Shown: positions 35,652 through 49,950, numbered from the stretch's first letter. The stretch is DNA of 64,000 nt from Takakia lepidozioides (GCA_030704615.1 CM060734.1:23312001-23376000), one strand, 5' to 3'. Made by a program: numbers and translations. Notes: generated by a model from the letters alone, not told the origin.

Positions 35652-37883
35652 CCAATTCCCACATGTGCAACATATAGAAGTAGCTGGAGAGACCATTCAC
35701 ATACAGGGTGTATATGTGACAGTAAAATTCCAAGTGAACGATGTTGTTTTACCTTGTTGCATCAGTTCTACTATAAGAGGAAGATCTTTGCCAAGCATTA
35801 ACCCCAGATTCTGCTGACGATAAGCTTCTATGGCTTGTCACCTCACCCGCTCATACGATGCTACGATGCTTTCCGCGTACGTTATAAAGTACCATTTCTT
35901 TCACTGTAATCTGCATCAACATCTATACCTCATGTCTTTAAATCAAAACCAACTGCACAAACCGACTTAAGCTTACAGCAAGAGATACAATAAAAAAAAT
36001 ATGAAAGGCTAGGTTTTTCTAAAATGCGCCGACTCTGACAAACCCAAATTTTTAAACTCGCTGGAACTTCCTTCACATCAAAGCCCCACACCCTTACCCT
36101 TCACATGCCCTGTGAAAAATCCACGAAAACTCTCTGGTTAGTGGAGAGACTTTCAGAACAGTTGCCAGCTGGTTCTTGAAGTACAAAGAATATTGAAGAT
36201 GTAGTCTAACTTGCAGTTTTCCACTGCGGTCTTTGCTCCTTAAGGCACTGGCAAGGCATGAGTCCCAGGGACTTTTACTTCATCCTTGTAAATGCCCCTT
36301 TTCAACAATATAGATCACACGCCATTCAAATTGGGCAGCAACTCAAATGTCGTAACTTTACCTGGCAACCCTCAATGGGAGCACTGCCAAAACCTTTACT
36401 ATATGGGTTGCAGCTGTGGAAAGAAGCTTGCCTGTGTCCACCCCGTAAACGTGTCACTGATGATGCAAGTCAGGGCCACTGCCTCATTCTCAGTGGTCAG
36501 CTTCTCCAGCAACTGTTCAGTCACACCCTCCAGGTCATGCATATACAAATGGCAGCCCTCGATCTCCTGCTGAGTGTACTGGCTGCCCTCCTAGCCCTAC
36601 TATATGATTGCAATCAAGGCTGTTAAATGTACAGACTTCTCTCTGTCTAGTGTCTTTTTTGTATGCTGTGTGAACAGTCGACATGGGTGCGGGCATCATT
36701 GTTCGATGGAGAAAGCTACCACCTGCATGTTCAAGGGACAATTCACCAATGGAACAGTGTACCAAAAGATTTCAGCAGTGTATCTCAAATCTGACTATGA
36801 AGAGAAGAGTTGTGGTTACATATGTGAAGAGAGTCTCCAAAGTTCAGAATAAAGTTTGAAACTATGTCCAGGAAAAGCCCAAAGAGTGTCGTTAATTGGG
36901 TGGGGGGGGGAGTTTGTCAGCACCTACAATCTCCTCCACGGGCCAGATTGACAGTCTCTGCTGGAGACAATGGGAATGTCCCGTGAGGTGGACGGTTATT
37001 GGCCACACCAAGAAATCTCCTCCGTGGACCAGGTCTTGTTTACACTCATAAACCTCTGGAGGTAAGTATGGCTACTCAATTCAATGACCACTACTCGTCG
37101 GACCAAGTTGTCAGTTTAAGTGATAAAGACAAGTGATCCTGCAGTTTATGATCCTCTGAAAGGTCTTGAACACCAAGTACCGACTTGCTAAGGTCCAAAC
37201 TTTGGTTTGCACACTTGAAGCAAATTGTTGAAGGTCTGAAACACCAACCTTGACACAGAGAAATGGTTTCTTCTTCACTCATCCAGCTGAATGGCCATAC
37301 CAAATTGTTTGTCCTAACAAAATTCTTGCAGCGGACACATACGCCACTGGAGGTGGACAACTGCTGCTCCTTGGACAGTCAGTGCTACTCACCAAAAACC
37401 AGTCAGGGGTCTACCGAGATTGGACCATTTTACAACTGCCTTCACGTCTTTGGCCAGCATACCCTGCTGAATGCATGGACTGAGTGGCTCTCATATGGGA
37501 TCCTCCCTCCTCAATTTCTATGATGAAACGGAAGCCATTGGTCAGGAGCTCATAGACAACTCATGCTTAATGAACTGAAGTTCTGCTCTCAGCATAACCC
37601 ACATGTAGTCTATGGTCTGGAACAAACCAGCGGTGATATATATCTGGTCTGCTTTTGAGTGAGGAACTGAAGGTCGCAACGCCCAGTTGTAGCCACCAAT
37701 CCAAGTGCGAGGGGCAGCAAACCACCTCCAGAAGTCACAGCCTAGGCGCAGGCACCGGCGGGAGCTTAAGTACCAAAACACCTCAAAAAAAGGCAGAGAG
37801 GGGGCGAGGCAGGATCAGCTGTCAAAGTGGAGTCGAGAGTGGGAGGATCCCCTGAGATTACGTAGTTCACCTCTCTTTCAAAT

Positions 37884-40800
37884 TTACGACCATGACGCTC
37901 GTGTGTTGACCTTTTCCAACTGACTGGGTTGCAGCCCTGAAAACGGCACCTCTGCTGGCTGCTTGGCAAAACAACCAATACCCCCAGCAGCTGCAATCTC
38001 TGCCATGTGCCCTTCAATTATGTCTCGTACTACCTGCGAATGGTATGCATGTGGCCACACGCTAAATACATGCAGCATATCCATGAGATGAATCATGGAG
38101 TAAAATGATAGTAACACATGGTTGTATTATACCTTCACATCTGCCAAGATGTATGGAACATGAAGAAGCTAAACTTTCTAACAAATATTAGAGACTAACA
38201 CTATGTTCGTGAATAATCTGATTCACTAACTTGCTCATTTGAATATCCAACCCTCCAACTCTACAGGCAATGCAACGATGTAACACACCTGCGTGGGTGT
38301 CCGTTTGAGCTTCTTGCCTCTGTAAGACATCCGCCGACGCTTGTAGTCCCGCTCTTCAGCCAATAATTCTTCCTTCGTCTTGTTTTTTTTGTTCTCCTGC
38401 AGCAAGATGACAGCAACAAAATGTCATTAAAGTCTCCTTAGTAATGCAACTTTTCTTACAGAAAGCAAGAGAGGCGAGAAACATCTAGAGAGAACACCTG
38501 CTGTTGAGAACGCTGCCAAGTGAGGCCATCGTGCTCAGACACAGCCCGGTAGTTGGGGCGCTTGCCTCGCTCATCCACTGCCATCTTCAAAGCAGCCTCA
38601 TGCTCCTTGATACTACACCCCACCCAGTAAATGTCTGCTTCCTTAACACTGAATCCATGTTCCTTCTGCTTTGGTACATACCATTCAATACAAAGCAGAA
38701 ATTAACAATCATCTGCAGTGTAAGATTGCCATACCAACTTCGAGACATTCCACTCAACCACCCTAACTCCCATTCTCAAAAACCTCCCTCACAGGATTAC
38801 TCACAATTCAGATTTGGTCAGCTTGTTGAGGCGGATGCTAGCTTTAAGATATTGCTCAAAAGTGTCTCTCTCGCACAAGGCAGCCATGGCTGCTTCCACT
38901 TGCCATACCTCCACACAACCCACAAGTCTTTCTACATCCGCTTCTTTTGTCCCCACCTCCTCTGCCTTCTCCTTGGAGTGAGGTTCTCTTGCCATCCAAG
39001 GACGTCCTCCCTCTTGCTTACCATCACCTAAGTGGAGGGGAATAGCTTGACATACGTCCCTTCCTGTGGCACCGTCACTGATTTCTCCCTTAGCTAATTG
39101 GGCTGATTTGGTCTCAGTATTTTTCTTCTCCAAGGAAGATTTCAGAAAAGGGGAGGCAAGCAATCGGCCTGAAGACATTATGCAAAACTTCAACAGTCCA
39201 AGAACAAGACTCTTGCTTTGAGCAGGTTCATAGAGAGAAGCTAGCTCTGATGATATCCAAATACATCCTTCCCTTAACCTCGGGCACCCCACACAAAACC
39301 CTCTTTCTGGTTCTTGTTTTACCTTGGCTGGTTGTGTGCCTCCTGTCATTGTACATTTCAATAGCTCTCTGTCTCCCTGAAGAGATTTATCAATCTGTGC
39401 ACCTGTGGGAAACCTCGTGTCTCTCTCCACAGCAATACGTCTGCAACCTCTGTTTCCTCTCTCACAAGGTTCTTGCTCATACAAAATACACGATTCTCTT
39501 CCCACAGCTTTCAATACAAGCTTTAGAAGAGAGTATATATGACTGGCCATGGCCACATCCAGGACTATCCCATGGGAAGGTGAGTGCAGAAGAAGCCACT
39601 CTACAATCACAATTTTTGTGACTCTTCCTAAAACCCTGACAGCTTCAAGGACTACCCATGTATAGAATGCCGGAAAGTCATTCCATGCCTCCACTTCCCT
39701 ATGCAAGAGCCAGACTGTTGAAGGCAGGAAAGGTTTTGTTGTCTCTATCCCCACCATCTCGGAAATAGGGGTTCTTGTAATCTCCCCAACCTCTCTTGAA
39801 TCTCTCAAGGATGCTGTTTCTACTAACCCTGGACCTTGCTTCCGTACAACCACTCCTCCATGTGCCTTTTCATCTCCTTTAAAACCACCCTGATCCTTCT
39901 CTCGAGTGCTCAATGACTCCACCTTGGGGGATGACTCTGTGAACAAATTATCACCAGCTCCTCCACCTTTCTCCGCTTCGGATTTTAACCCCAATTCAAC
40001 CCGTAGAAAAAGTGGCAGCGATAAGGAATCCTCTGCCCGGGGAGGAGGAGCTGCTAGAAGCACCACGGCTGGGGCATCCTTGTAGAAAAACTGTCCACCC
40101 GATGGATCAAAACAATCCAGAGAAGTGGACACTTGCCTTCCAGTACCAAAAACAGAAACATGGGGAAAATTAGTGCTTCTACTTGACAGCGTACTCGCCG
40201 AGCACAGAGCCTCGTCTTCAAAAGAAACGGTGGGATTGCCTCCCATCAAAACATAATCTCCACCAAATTGGGTCCTCCAACCAGCTTTTCCAGACAAGCT
40301 CTTTTTGATGGGAGGGTCCGCAGTTGCAGTGTGTGGGTACTTCAGCAAGTCGAGACCACTAAAATCGCTCAAGTTTCCAGCAGGGGAGGAAGGACACTGA
40401 AGAAAGTGACGGAAAAGAGCATATGGAGGGACATGGTGAGAAGGATTGTAGGGGCAGACACCTAGCGAGGTTCCAGGCTTCAAGTTCACCATTTTCCAGA
40501 TCTGATTGACTGTATCTTCCACCTGGCCAACAAGCCATTGACTTTGCAACACCGGCACTTCTAGATCTCTACTGTCCTCAGCCTTCGGATGCAAAGAATA
40601 TGTACTCCTATATTGAGAACCCTGTTGAAGGCTTGAATCCCGGAGCTCGTTGTGAAGTACTTCCGGCCCAGCCACCATTCTTGAATTCTTATGAGTGGAA
40701 ATCAGCAAACCAGATGAACTACCATGTTGCACAGAGCTTGGCAATGGCGGCAGTCTAGGAGACCCATGAGGTGAGGTCCCTCTTGCTTCACTATAATGAC

Positions 40801-41209
40801 CTAAACCTGGTAATAAAGGCAACTGTGGCACTCCCTGAGGCCCAAAATTGGACAGTGGTGTACCCATGCGATAACCCATTTGCTCAGCAGCAGGTAAGCC
40901 ATACGCTGGACTGTGAAGCATTGCTGGAAAACCCCCAGGACTGTATCTCGGAGAAGGGCCCAATCCAGTAGAACCCTGCGTACTATGTCCTGGCACTGAA
41001 GGCAAATGCAGAACACCGTACAAGCCACCATTCCCAGATCCTGGAGCCATGTTTGGACCTGAAAACCCTAAATTGGAAGTTTGCTCGTGGGGCGATGACT
41101 GTGGACCATAGGACCCGGGCCTCAGTAGACCTTGATCTGTATCATTGAAGCTCCCTGTGGCTTTCTGAGATAAGTGTGAGGGCCACTGCAGGCAAGGACG
41201 GTTTGTCAT
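37884..41209 (-). CDS. SNRNP48: U11/U12 small nuclear ribonucleoprotein 48 kDa protein homologue (minor spliceosome), multi-exon; 3' end uncertain
   Basis: CHHC zinc finger CPYNPSHHVPPYALFRHFLQC in a long first exon. Later exons encode ERGKRPNYRAVSEHDGL (~38499-38612), KTKEELLAEERDYKRRRMSYRGKK (~38290-38397) and VVRDIIEGHMAEIAAAGGIGCF (~38034 downward). Confidence 0.85.
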
Positions 41210-41518
41210 GGCCTTCTTCCCCTAGACTCTTTCTTCTGAGTGCACAACCCTTCTCTTCTGCGCTACACCCTCCTGGACCACCTCCAGTACCTACCTCTAT
41301 GGCCTTTCCACACAGCGACCACTATACCGCCCTCCTTCCAAATGGCCTCAAATCTGGGAAGGGCTTCGGAATACTAAACAGCTCTACTCCCCAAGATTCC
41401 CACCCTACCCCAAGATTCCAACAGCCACATGCCAATATCAGGCCGAGATGTCCCGAGGCCCAAGCCAATACCACGGCTTCAAAACCACAATTTTTACCTC
41501 ACTCCTGTACTGTCCCGG

Positions 41519-44500
41519 TTTTTCTTTTTTTTCTTTTCTTTTTTTCTTTTTTCTTTTTTTTAACGTTAAATATTGCATTTATTCCAGAATTGAGGGAAAA
41601 AAAATAAAACCCCTTTTGCACCATGAGGGCTACACACTATAGTCAGTGAAGGGAGATCCATTGCTTGGTGCTAAAGTGCAGCAATGTGCTGAAAGAGAGC
41701 GAACCTCTCACAGCTGACCGAGAGACTTCCAAAAAGTTAAGCCTGCAGCTGAGATTATCGAGGAGCTAATCTACAACTACACTTAACGAAAATTTAGCCT
41801 GGAACGTGTTTCCAGTTCACGTCTCTCTCAAATTCCGGCGAGGCCGTGGAGTGGAGCTCTGAGGTCTCTCCAGCGCTGAGGGGGGAGAGCGTTCCAAATA
41901 CAGTGTTCATGCTCGTCGCTTTGACAAATGACGCCATGGCAGGCCCACGTCGTCCTGAATGATGCATGGATTGCTGGCGCCTGCCTTGGAGTCCTGTGAC
42001 AGTCTGCAACACATTTTGCCCAAGCTTTTTTCGACTCTCTTAAAAGATCTTTGTACACCATAGCCAACAAAGCTGAGGTACTGATTGTCTCCTTGCTAAA
42101 GGTCTTTTTACATCTAGCATGCCATAGGTGCCATAACGTAGAAGTGCGAAGAGTCTCGAAGACCGGACATGGAAAGGATCGGCCCTTGGTTGTTTTGTTG
42201 TAATTAAGTAGCAGATCCAGAGGGCCAATATTTGAGAGACTCCAATGTCTGTAGAATACCTTGATGAAGGGCCAGATTTTGGCTGGAGCTATACAGGTCA
42301 GAAGGCAGTGCTCATGAGATTCAATGGTACTCGAGGAGCAGCATCGACATAGAAGAGCTTCATGGAATTGCAGCCATTCTCCCACTTTTAGGGCTCTGTT
42401 CGCTACTTGCCATAAAAACGTTGAGATCTTGGCCAGCCTAATTTTTAGCCAGATAGAAGACCAGATTGCTGACCAGTTCTCATTCAAGGAACCAAAGTGA
42501 CTCCATTTGCTATTCCACTTAGTGGAGAGGGCTGGCTGTGTGTCATCTTGGGGTGTAGGTAAGAAGGGGTGATGCAGCGCGGCCAAAGGTCCATTCCCAT
42601 TCCTTGGGGTCAAGCTGGAGGTCCGCCAGAGGTCTTCCCAGGATCCAAACAAATGTGGAGGTATTGACCCAGGACAGGTATGGTATGGTAAGAGGTGGTT
42701 GGGGATCAAACTCTTTGAACTTAGATGACCAGTTGCATATTCTCACTGGGGTATGAATGAAACGGGGGAAGAGGGTTTGGGATTGCGAAACCAAGATCAG
42801 CACAAGAGTTTCGGGATTTATATGGTAAGCGAACCTTGAGAAGTGAGTGTCTGTGGCAAAAATCACCAAAATGATGGTGAGCCCGTTGCTTATGACTCCT
42901 AATGTCCAAAAGTTCGTGGAGGGGGTCAGTGGTCCCGCCTGCAGCGATAGGGACCAAGTTTGAGGTATAGAATTTATGACCGCCTGCAGCCCGGCCTTGG
43001 CTCTGATTGACCCCAGAATAGGGCAAATTGTGTCAATATGCAGGAAGCCTGTAGGTGACCACAGGTGTTTTAGTTGACTGATGCCCCTGCTGTCCCAGGC
43101 AGACCACTTTTTTGCCAACAATTTTTCAGAATGTGTGGGCATGTTGGTGTTCAAAAAAATGTGCTAGCGGAGGGTTTCCTCGAATGTTTCTGGCTCTTTT
43201 TTGCAAAGAAAAGGTCTCGGTGTAGCCCAAGCTTTCCAGATGACGTTCCAAAGGGACGATCCCACCATTTTGTGCTTGAATCCCTGTGTGATCCAGCGAA
43301 TGGAGGGGTGTTATCTAGAGGTCTTTAGGGGACTTGCCATCATCAGATTACCCACCACCAAATACTTCCACCAGCCACCTTCTGGGCCTAAGAATCTTGG
43401 CAACCATTTTTCGAGGAGTGCTGTAATTTGGATTTCTAGGTCCAGAACCCCCAGTCCTCCCTGTTTTTTTGGCTGGCAGATCTCTCTCCAGGAGACCTGT
43501 GGCCTGACTTTTTGGCCCACTTTGCTAGCTCCCCAAACGAAATTCCGCAATAAGGCTTTGTATTCTCCAATTTGCCTTTTAGAAGGGCGCCATGATGCTG
43601 CGTAGAACCATAGGCCAGCTGAGAGAATCTGGTTGGCCACAAGTGCCCGACCTGTGATTGAGAGGAACTTAGAGCCCCAGAAAGTGAGGTTTCTTTTAAT
43701 CTTGGAAAGAATGGGTGCGAATCGTTGTTCATCGGTGATATCAAGCCCATAGGTGTATCCTAGCAACGTTGTCGTCTGGTTAGGTTGCAGCCATGATAGG
43801 CCCCAGGCCTGGCCCCAAGAGGGCAGTCGTCTCAGAGTGGATTTGTATTTATCTCTAGCGAGGATGACACAGGTTTTGTTCCAGTTGACCTTGAAACCGG
43901 AAGCTTCGCAGAACTTCCCCAAAGTTGCTGCAGTTCTGTCCAGGTTGGTTTGGCTTGCTTGCAGCATAAGGAAAGTATCATCTACATACATGGATTCCCT
44001 GATGTAAGCAGGCTGGTTAGTTATGTAGTTTGTGATTCTAAGACCCAGAATCTGTGTGTCTGCTTGTAGCATGTAACCAAGTGTGTCGGCGGCAATAATG
44101 AAGAGGAAAGGAGCCAAGGGGCAGCCTTGACGGACAGATCGAAACAAGTTGAATGGCATTGACACTGCACCGTTGATGATCACCCTGCTGGTTGACCTCT
44201 GCAATAGAATGCGCACCCATCGACAAAAGGAGGGAGGCACACCGATCTTGGCCAGGGTGCCCATGAGGAAAGGCCATTCTACCCTGTCAAACGCTTTCTC
44301 AAAGTCTAGAAGGACTAGGGCAGTAGCCTACTGGGTTTGAAGGGCATACTGGGGAAGCTCCTGTGCCAGAAGAAGATTATCCATGATATATCTTCCCTTA
44401 ATAAAGCCCGACTGGCTAGGTCTAATGATTGACGGGAGCAGAGGCTGAAGACGTAGAGCCAAGCATTTGGCTATAATCTTATAAGCAACATTGAGGAGAG

Positions 44501-45020
44501 TTATGGGCCTGTAGTTGCTTAAGTCCGTCCTGTCACCCTTTTTGAAAATCAGAGAGATGACTCCCTGTGACATGCTCCCCGACGTATGGTTCGCATGAAA
44601 GATGTGGTTGGCCATGGCCCCAAAGTCAAGCGAGATGTCAGGCCACAGCTTTTTGTAAAATTCCACCGGGACTCCATCTATCCCTGGACATTTCCCGTCT
44701 TTCAGCTTGGAAAGGGCCAGCTCAAGCTCTCATTCCGAGAGAGGCCCTTCTAGAGCCTCGACTATAGGCGGGGCAATGAGAAGAGGGGAGTGCGCCAGGC
44801 AAGCATCAAGTGTGGTTGCTTCTACAGGTTTGTCACTCATAAAGAGGGTCTGAAAGTGGCTGGCAACGACTGAAGCCATGGGTTTGGGGTCTGTGAATGT
44901 CAGTCCCGTTGCCCTGTCAGCTAGTTCAGAAATTGTCTGCCCTGCCTTTCTAAGCCTGGTTTTTGCAAAGAAATACTTGGACATTTTTTCTCCCTTGGAT
45001 GACCAGTTAACACCTGCTGT
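41519..45020 (-). mobile_element. 5'-truncated L1-like LINE with RT, C-terminal zinc-binding region and A-rich tail
   Basis: NYRPITLLN, LDFEKAFD, VRQGCPLAP and YVDD, then CRCC...ESHEHCLLTC (zf-RVT-like). The T-rich run at 41519-41561 is an A-rich tail on the minus strand. Confidence 0.9.
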
Positions 45021-45441
45021 ATCCCAAGTGATCAGAGGTTCCTCATGTTCTTTATGTGTTCTACTCGAGCCCACAATGCCAATTTTTTTTTCCCCTCATT
45101 GCCAAAAAGACAGGTGATAAATTATGAATGAGGACATAATATAATATGAAAATATATATGTAATATGCTATAATAAACAATACATATATTTTCGTATTTT
45201 TATTTTTATTTTTATGATTTTTTCGGTTTTTTCCTTTTAAAAATAGAGACCAGTGTTGTATTGGTATATAACTTAGGAGACTCATATGTGCACGATATAT
45301 GCACTGCTATTAAATACCAAATTAGTCAACAACAGGGCTTAAGTGTATGTCACGCTGGCCTTGTTAGGCATAACATCATTCCATAAAACTTCATATCAGT
45401 TAAACAATGGCAGGGCCTCCGTGTATCTCACGCCTTGTTAA

Positions 45442-46265
45442 CCCTTAAGTTCCCAAGCCCTTTTTTGACTTTTTACCAATTTTGGGTACCCAGCTGCAGT
45501 ACATTGCCCCTAGAAACCTACCGAAAATCATCCAGAGATTCCAGCCTTATAGCAATGGGCCTAGCTCATTTATGCATGACATACCAAAAAATGAGTCAAG
45601 TCCACCGTGGAAATTGTGAGATTATAGCGTTGGCCCGGACCTCAAATATCAGGTCCCAAGGAAAAAGTGAGAAAGAAATTGGTTTGACCAAATCAAAACC
45701 TAGCTTTATCCAATTTTGCTTGCCCCAAGACCCACCATTTCCAAATCAATAGTGGAGTGGCTATGACCCCACTAAATTGCAGGTCCAACTGTTTTTTTCA
45801 CCTATGGTTGCTATTCATGCAATTACATAGGGGTTGAAATCTCAAAATTGACAAGAGAAAATGTGCCTCCAAATGAAGTACTTTTTTTTCTACAAAATTT
45901 TTAAAAGCCAATGGTGGATGTGTGTATGTAATGCTCACACACCGCAAGGTGAAGTGCTTTTTCCAAAATTTCTAATTTCTTGCCAAAAATGGGCTTTGGA
46001 GTGCAATCTGTTCTGGGCTTGTTTACCTGCCACATCAGCGGTCAACAAGCCCTTTTCAGACCCCAAAACGTAAATGAGAAATCTAAGATATTTTTTGTAG
46101 GTCGCAGCTTTTGTTTTTTTTTAGTTTTGTTTTTTGCATCATACTCGAGACAAATCCCTTGTCATTAAAGCTTCAAGAGTGGGCCCCATCAGATTAGATC
46201 TGCAAAAATTAGGTCGACCTGCAAATTCAAAGTGACCCGATTCAGGTCACTTGGGAACTTAAGGG
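45442..46265. mobile_element. Non-autonomous TIR element (MITE) with piggyBac-like termini
   Basis: Perfect 16-bp TIRs: CCCTTAAGTTCCCAAG (45442-45457) and CTTGGGAACTTAAGGG (46250-46265). Flanked by TTAA on the left and TAAA on the right. AT-rich non-coding interior. Confidence 0.65.
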
Positions 46266-46374
46266 TAAAGTTTTCAGGGCTACAATCCCCCTGTTCTTTT
46301 TTTTTTTAATGATATTTAATTATATAAACAAATGCGGGGGTTTTATGAACAGTTGGTTACGCGAGTAAGGGAAA

Positions 46375-46376
<2 letters not shown>

Positions 46377-46426
<50 letters not shown>
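46377..46426. repeat. Poly(T) tract of about 50 nt
   Basis: Homopolymer run. Confidence 0.95.
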
Positions 46427-48437
46427 CGCGCAAGAGGGACTCTGGCCTGGAAAAGTAACGCGGGGCAGCGGCAGAGATGGTCAGGCTGCTAATGTGGGGG
46501 GCCTATCTTGAGCTGCAAGTGTGTAGCGTGCTTTTTGCTCATTCTTGCGCACTCCCTCTCCTTTTCCATCTGGGTCGTTGTCCTGGCAGAGGCCCTCTCG
46601 GTTCTTCATGTGATTTGATTTTCTGTTGAATTGATGGCCTTTGCAATAAGTTGGATCTGAGGACGTCTAATCTCGCTCTCTCCCTCGCTGTTTTGTTGTT
46701 TTTTTTTTGTGAAGTTTTCTCTCAGCTCGTTTTTTTTTTCTGCCGTGCACGTGGTTGGCGCACATGCCCCACAGACACACTAGGGTCCAAACACCGTCTC
46801 TTTCTTGCTCTAGAGCTGTCTCGAGTGTTGTGCTATGGGTTTTCGAGTCTCTTGCTCCATGTGACTGTCCAGAGCTGGAATTGCCATCCGGTGATCAAAA
46901 GTAACTCATGTGTCTGAGCTTCATAGTTGTTGTGTGCTTAGCATTTTGGCATGTAGTTATGTGTCGACTCTTTGCAGCTATGTTTAAAGTAGAAAGGATG
47001 GCAATGGGTTGTAGGGCGGCAGAGATGCATGAATTGCAAGCGTGCAAGGCCGACCAAGTCTGTAGTAGGAGTAATTCGTTGGGCCTTTGGTGGATAGGAT
47101 TTAGGCCAGTCATTCAGCTGGTACGACTCTCTTTTTGCAGATGGTAGAGTGAGCTAGCAGAGATGAAGGGGTTGAGAAGATGGTTAGATGAGGGGGAGAG
47201 AAGATCTATGCAGAACTTTAGGCACGGATGTGCTGAACTCTGGTTGGAGATAATTGGAGTGGATGCCCTTTGACTCATTGCCTTAGACTTTAGGATTGCA
47301 TCAGCATCATTGGAATGCTTGCTTGAGTCTAGCATTGTCAATTGGAAGCATGGTAAACTAGGGAGACAGTGGGTGTAGGCTGCATTGTCGAGTGGATGTT
47401 GATGTAGCTCTTCCCTTGGTCACTGCATTCCTATAGCAAACATTGGCTTTGCATTGAGGGTTCATGAATTAGAGAAAGAAAAAGTCATGCTTGGGGTTTA
47501 GGGCATTTGGGCTCTCATCCTTCTCATCTTTTCTCCTGCACCATAGTGTAGAGCATGACATAGTTCTGCTCCAATGATGCATCTATAGGCTGTTTTCTGC
47601 CGCGCTGTGTTGGAATTGTGAGGATCCTGCCAACCAGAAAAGGGGAGAGTCAATATAATGAGCGAGAAGATTTGAGAGTGCCGGATAGGCATCACGTAGT
47701 GGCCTCCTTGCTCTGAATTATGAAGGAATAATCCGGATAGGTATTTGACAACTTGTCATGGGCATCACCGCCCATGAGTGTGCATTTGTGGGGTGGATGT
47801 AGGGGCCTAGCTCCATAAGCAATCACAGGTGATCGTGGAATATCGCAGCACACCCGGCCCTGTCCATGTCTTCCCTTCCGCTGCGGCATGGGTGGGGTTC
47901 ACGTATCTCTGGTCATTCTAATACTTAGTGGGCATGCATAGTGGAGCCCCTTTCTTTGGTATCAAAGCTCATGTCGTTCTTGTGGTGGTGGAATGAGCTT
48001 GTTGCAATGATTTTCTGTGTTTTTCTGTGAGTAAGCCCTTTAATGGCCGGTAGGGATCACACACTGATACCCAATGAACCGAGCATTGGGGACATCTTAG
48101 TCTGCTTCAGTCAGCATGCTGGCAGTGTCAATTCCGAGCCTAGGTTCTATTTCTTTAATCCTACTTGGAGGTTGAGGGATGGTGACCTTTGTCTGCGAGT
48201 CATACATGTAGGAGGTCGTAGCACCATAGCCCTGTGGATGAGAGAAGCAGGAACGTGGGAGAGGATTAACACGATGGCTAGGGAGGTTACCTGGGGTGGT
48301 CGTGTTGAGATGTTGCGCAATGGCATCTGGGAGTGGTACAGAGGCCAAAACTGACTATGGATTTTGGATGTGTGTGATTTTCTTTCCTGTGTTTTCTCTT
48401 TGTATTTTCCTGTTTGACTGCTTTGTTTTCACTTAGG

Positions 48438-49140
48438 ATGACAATCCCAGCAGGCATTGATGCCCCATTCTTTGGTAGAGAGAATGAGGACGTCAATGAC
48501 TGGATAGACCGAATCAAAATGGCAGGGGATGTACAAGACCTCACTGAGGATAAAATGTTTAAGGTTGCGCGGTTGAACCTCCGTTCGAAGGTGGATGAGT
48601 GGTTCCGCAAGCAAAATCCACGACCAGATAATTGGCCAGCTTTTCAGGCCGCAATTACTGCCAAGTTTGGTGTAGTGGACATGGCAGAGTAAAAATGAGG
48701 CTTGATGCTATCAAGCAGGAGCATAAGCAGCGGGTACAAGCATATTACGATAAGCTCAGTAGATTGTTCCTGAAGGGAGGCATTGCTGACTTGGAGCAAC
48801 GCAAAAGATTTGTGGGAGGACTGAGGCCTGAGATAATGAGGGCCATGCTTGGTAGAAGGTTTAATGACGTTAAGGAAGCCTTGGAGACGGCCATAGAGAT
48901 TGGGAGAGGACTGGGTAAGTTGGGGGAAACACCTTTGGAACCATTGGAAGGAGAAGACCATGATGATGTTACGTTTGTGTGCCCTATTGACAAGAGAATC
49001 AACGTCTTACCAACACTCTGCAGAAGTATTTTGAGAAGGGGACGGTCATTGGAGAGACCTCTAGGAGTAGGACACCACCAAGGGGGATACGCACCTGCAA
49101 TCTGTGCAAGGAGGATGGACACATAGTTGCCAACTGTCCG
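48438..49140 (+). pseudogene. Ty3/gypsy gag relic with zinc knuckle
   Basis: FFGRENEDVNDWI...EWF...WPAFQAAITAKF, IKQEHKQRVQAYY and RFVGGLRPEI. Manual translation at ~49097-49140 gives CNLCKEDGHIVANC. Confidence 0.8.
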
Positions 49141-49303
49141 ACAGGAAGAGCATCAATCACCTTCCACTCCTCACTCATTCATTCCAAAACCACAATCAGA
49201 TATTGCATGAGTAATACTCTCTAAACCCTAAACTTTGTGGAATATACTTTACATGCATCGAGAAGATTAAAGAAAGTAATTTCCATGCGAGGGGGAATGA
49301 CCC

Positions 49304-49950
49304 TTATACCTTGCGTGATACTTTTTTCCCTTGGACATCATCCCGATATCGGTCTTTCTTGCACTTTGGGCACTTGGTGAGACGCGAATCATCTCCGTAG
49401 TATAGGGTTTTATCACATGGACATGCATGAAAAATCTTATAGCCTATCCCTACAGAGTCCAAGACTTCACGCGCCTCTTTCCGCGACCGTGGCATCTTGG
49501 GTTTCAAGTGTGGAGCAAGGATATAGTCTGCAATAGTTCGCATTATGACAAACTCTCCCAACATTACTTATGCCAAATCGAATTTGAAGATTGAGCAAAA
49601 GTAAGATTGTTGAAAGTCGACTCACTTTCGCCCCTTCGTACAAGGGAGTTCTCGCCTCCCTCTCCATGTCATTTGAGGGGGCCATTTCAGGATCATCGAT
49701 TGGCTGGGTTCCCTCTCCATGGGATGCATCAGCGCCCACATGATGCATTAAGAGATCCTCCATGGCTTGCACATCCTCCTGGTTAATTCCATGCTCATTG
49801 TTGTTGTCACTGTCACTGTCACTGTCATCGCCATCATCGTCCGGTACCGTGGGGGCGGCGTCTCGCCCAGGCTCCCGCCTGATGTATTTGGGTTGTTTTC
49901 GGATGGGGTGCCAAGAAAAAGGACCGGGAAGGGAGGGACAAAATCCTAAT
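49304..49950 (-). mobile_element. CACTA/En-Spm (TnpD/Tnp2-like) transposase N-terminal fragment
   Basis: ARTPLYEGAKVSRLSTILLLLNLQIRFGISN, then MPRSRKEAREVLDSVGIGYKIFHACPCDKTLY...TKCPKCKKDRY. Confidence 0.75.

Noticed and set aside
34000-37500. Many short ORFs between the LINE and the U11/U12-48K gene
   Set aside because: No recognisable motifs or consistent exon chain; treated as intergenic or UTR.
47957-47968. TGGTATCAAAGC, PBS-like, upstream of gag
   Set aside because: One mismatch, not preceded by an LTR CA end, and no partner LTR found. Plausible but not supportable.
49221-49234. ctaaaccctaaact telomere-like motif
   Set aside because: Fewer than two full repeats; common in plant DNA.
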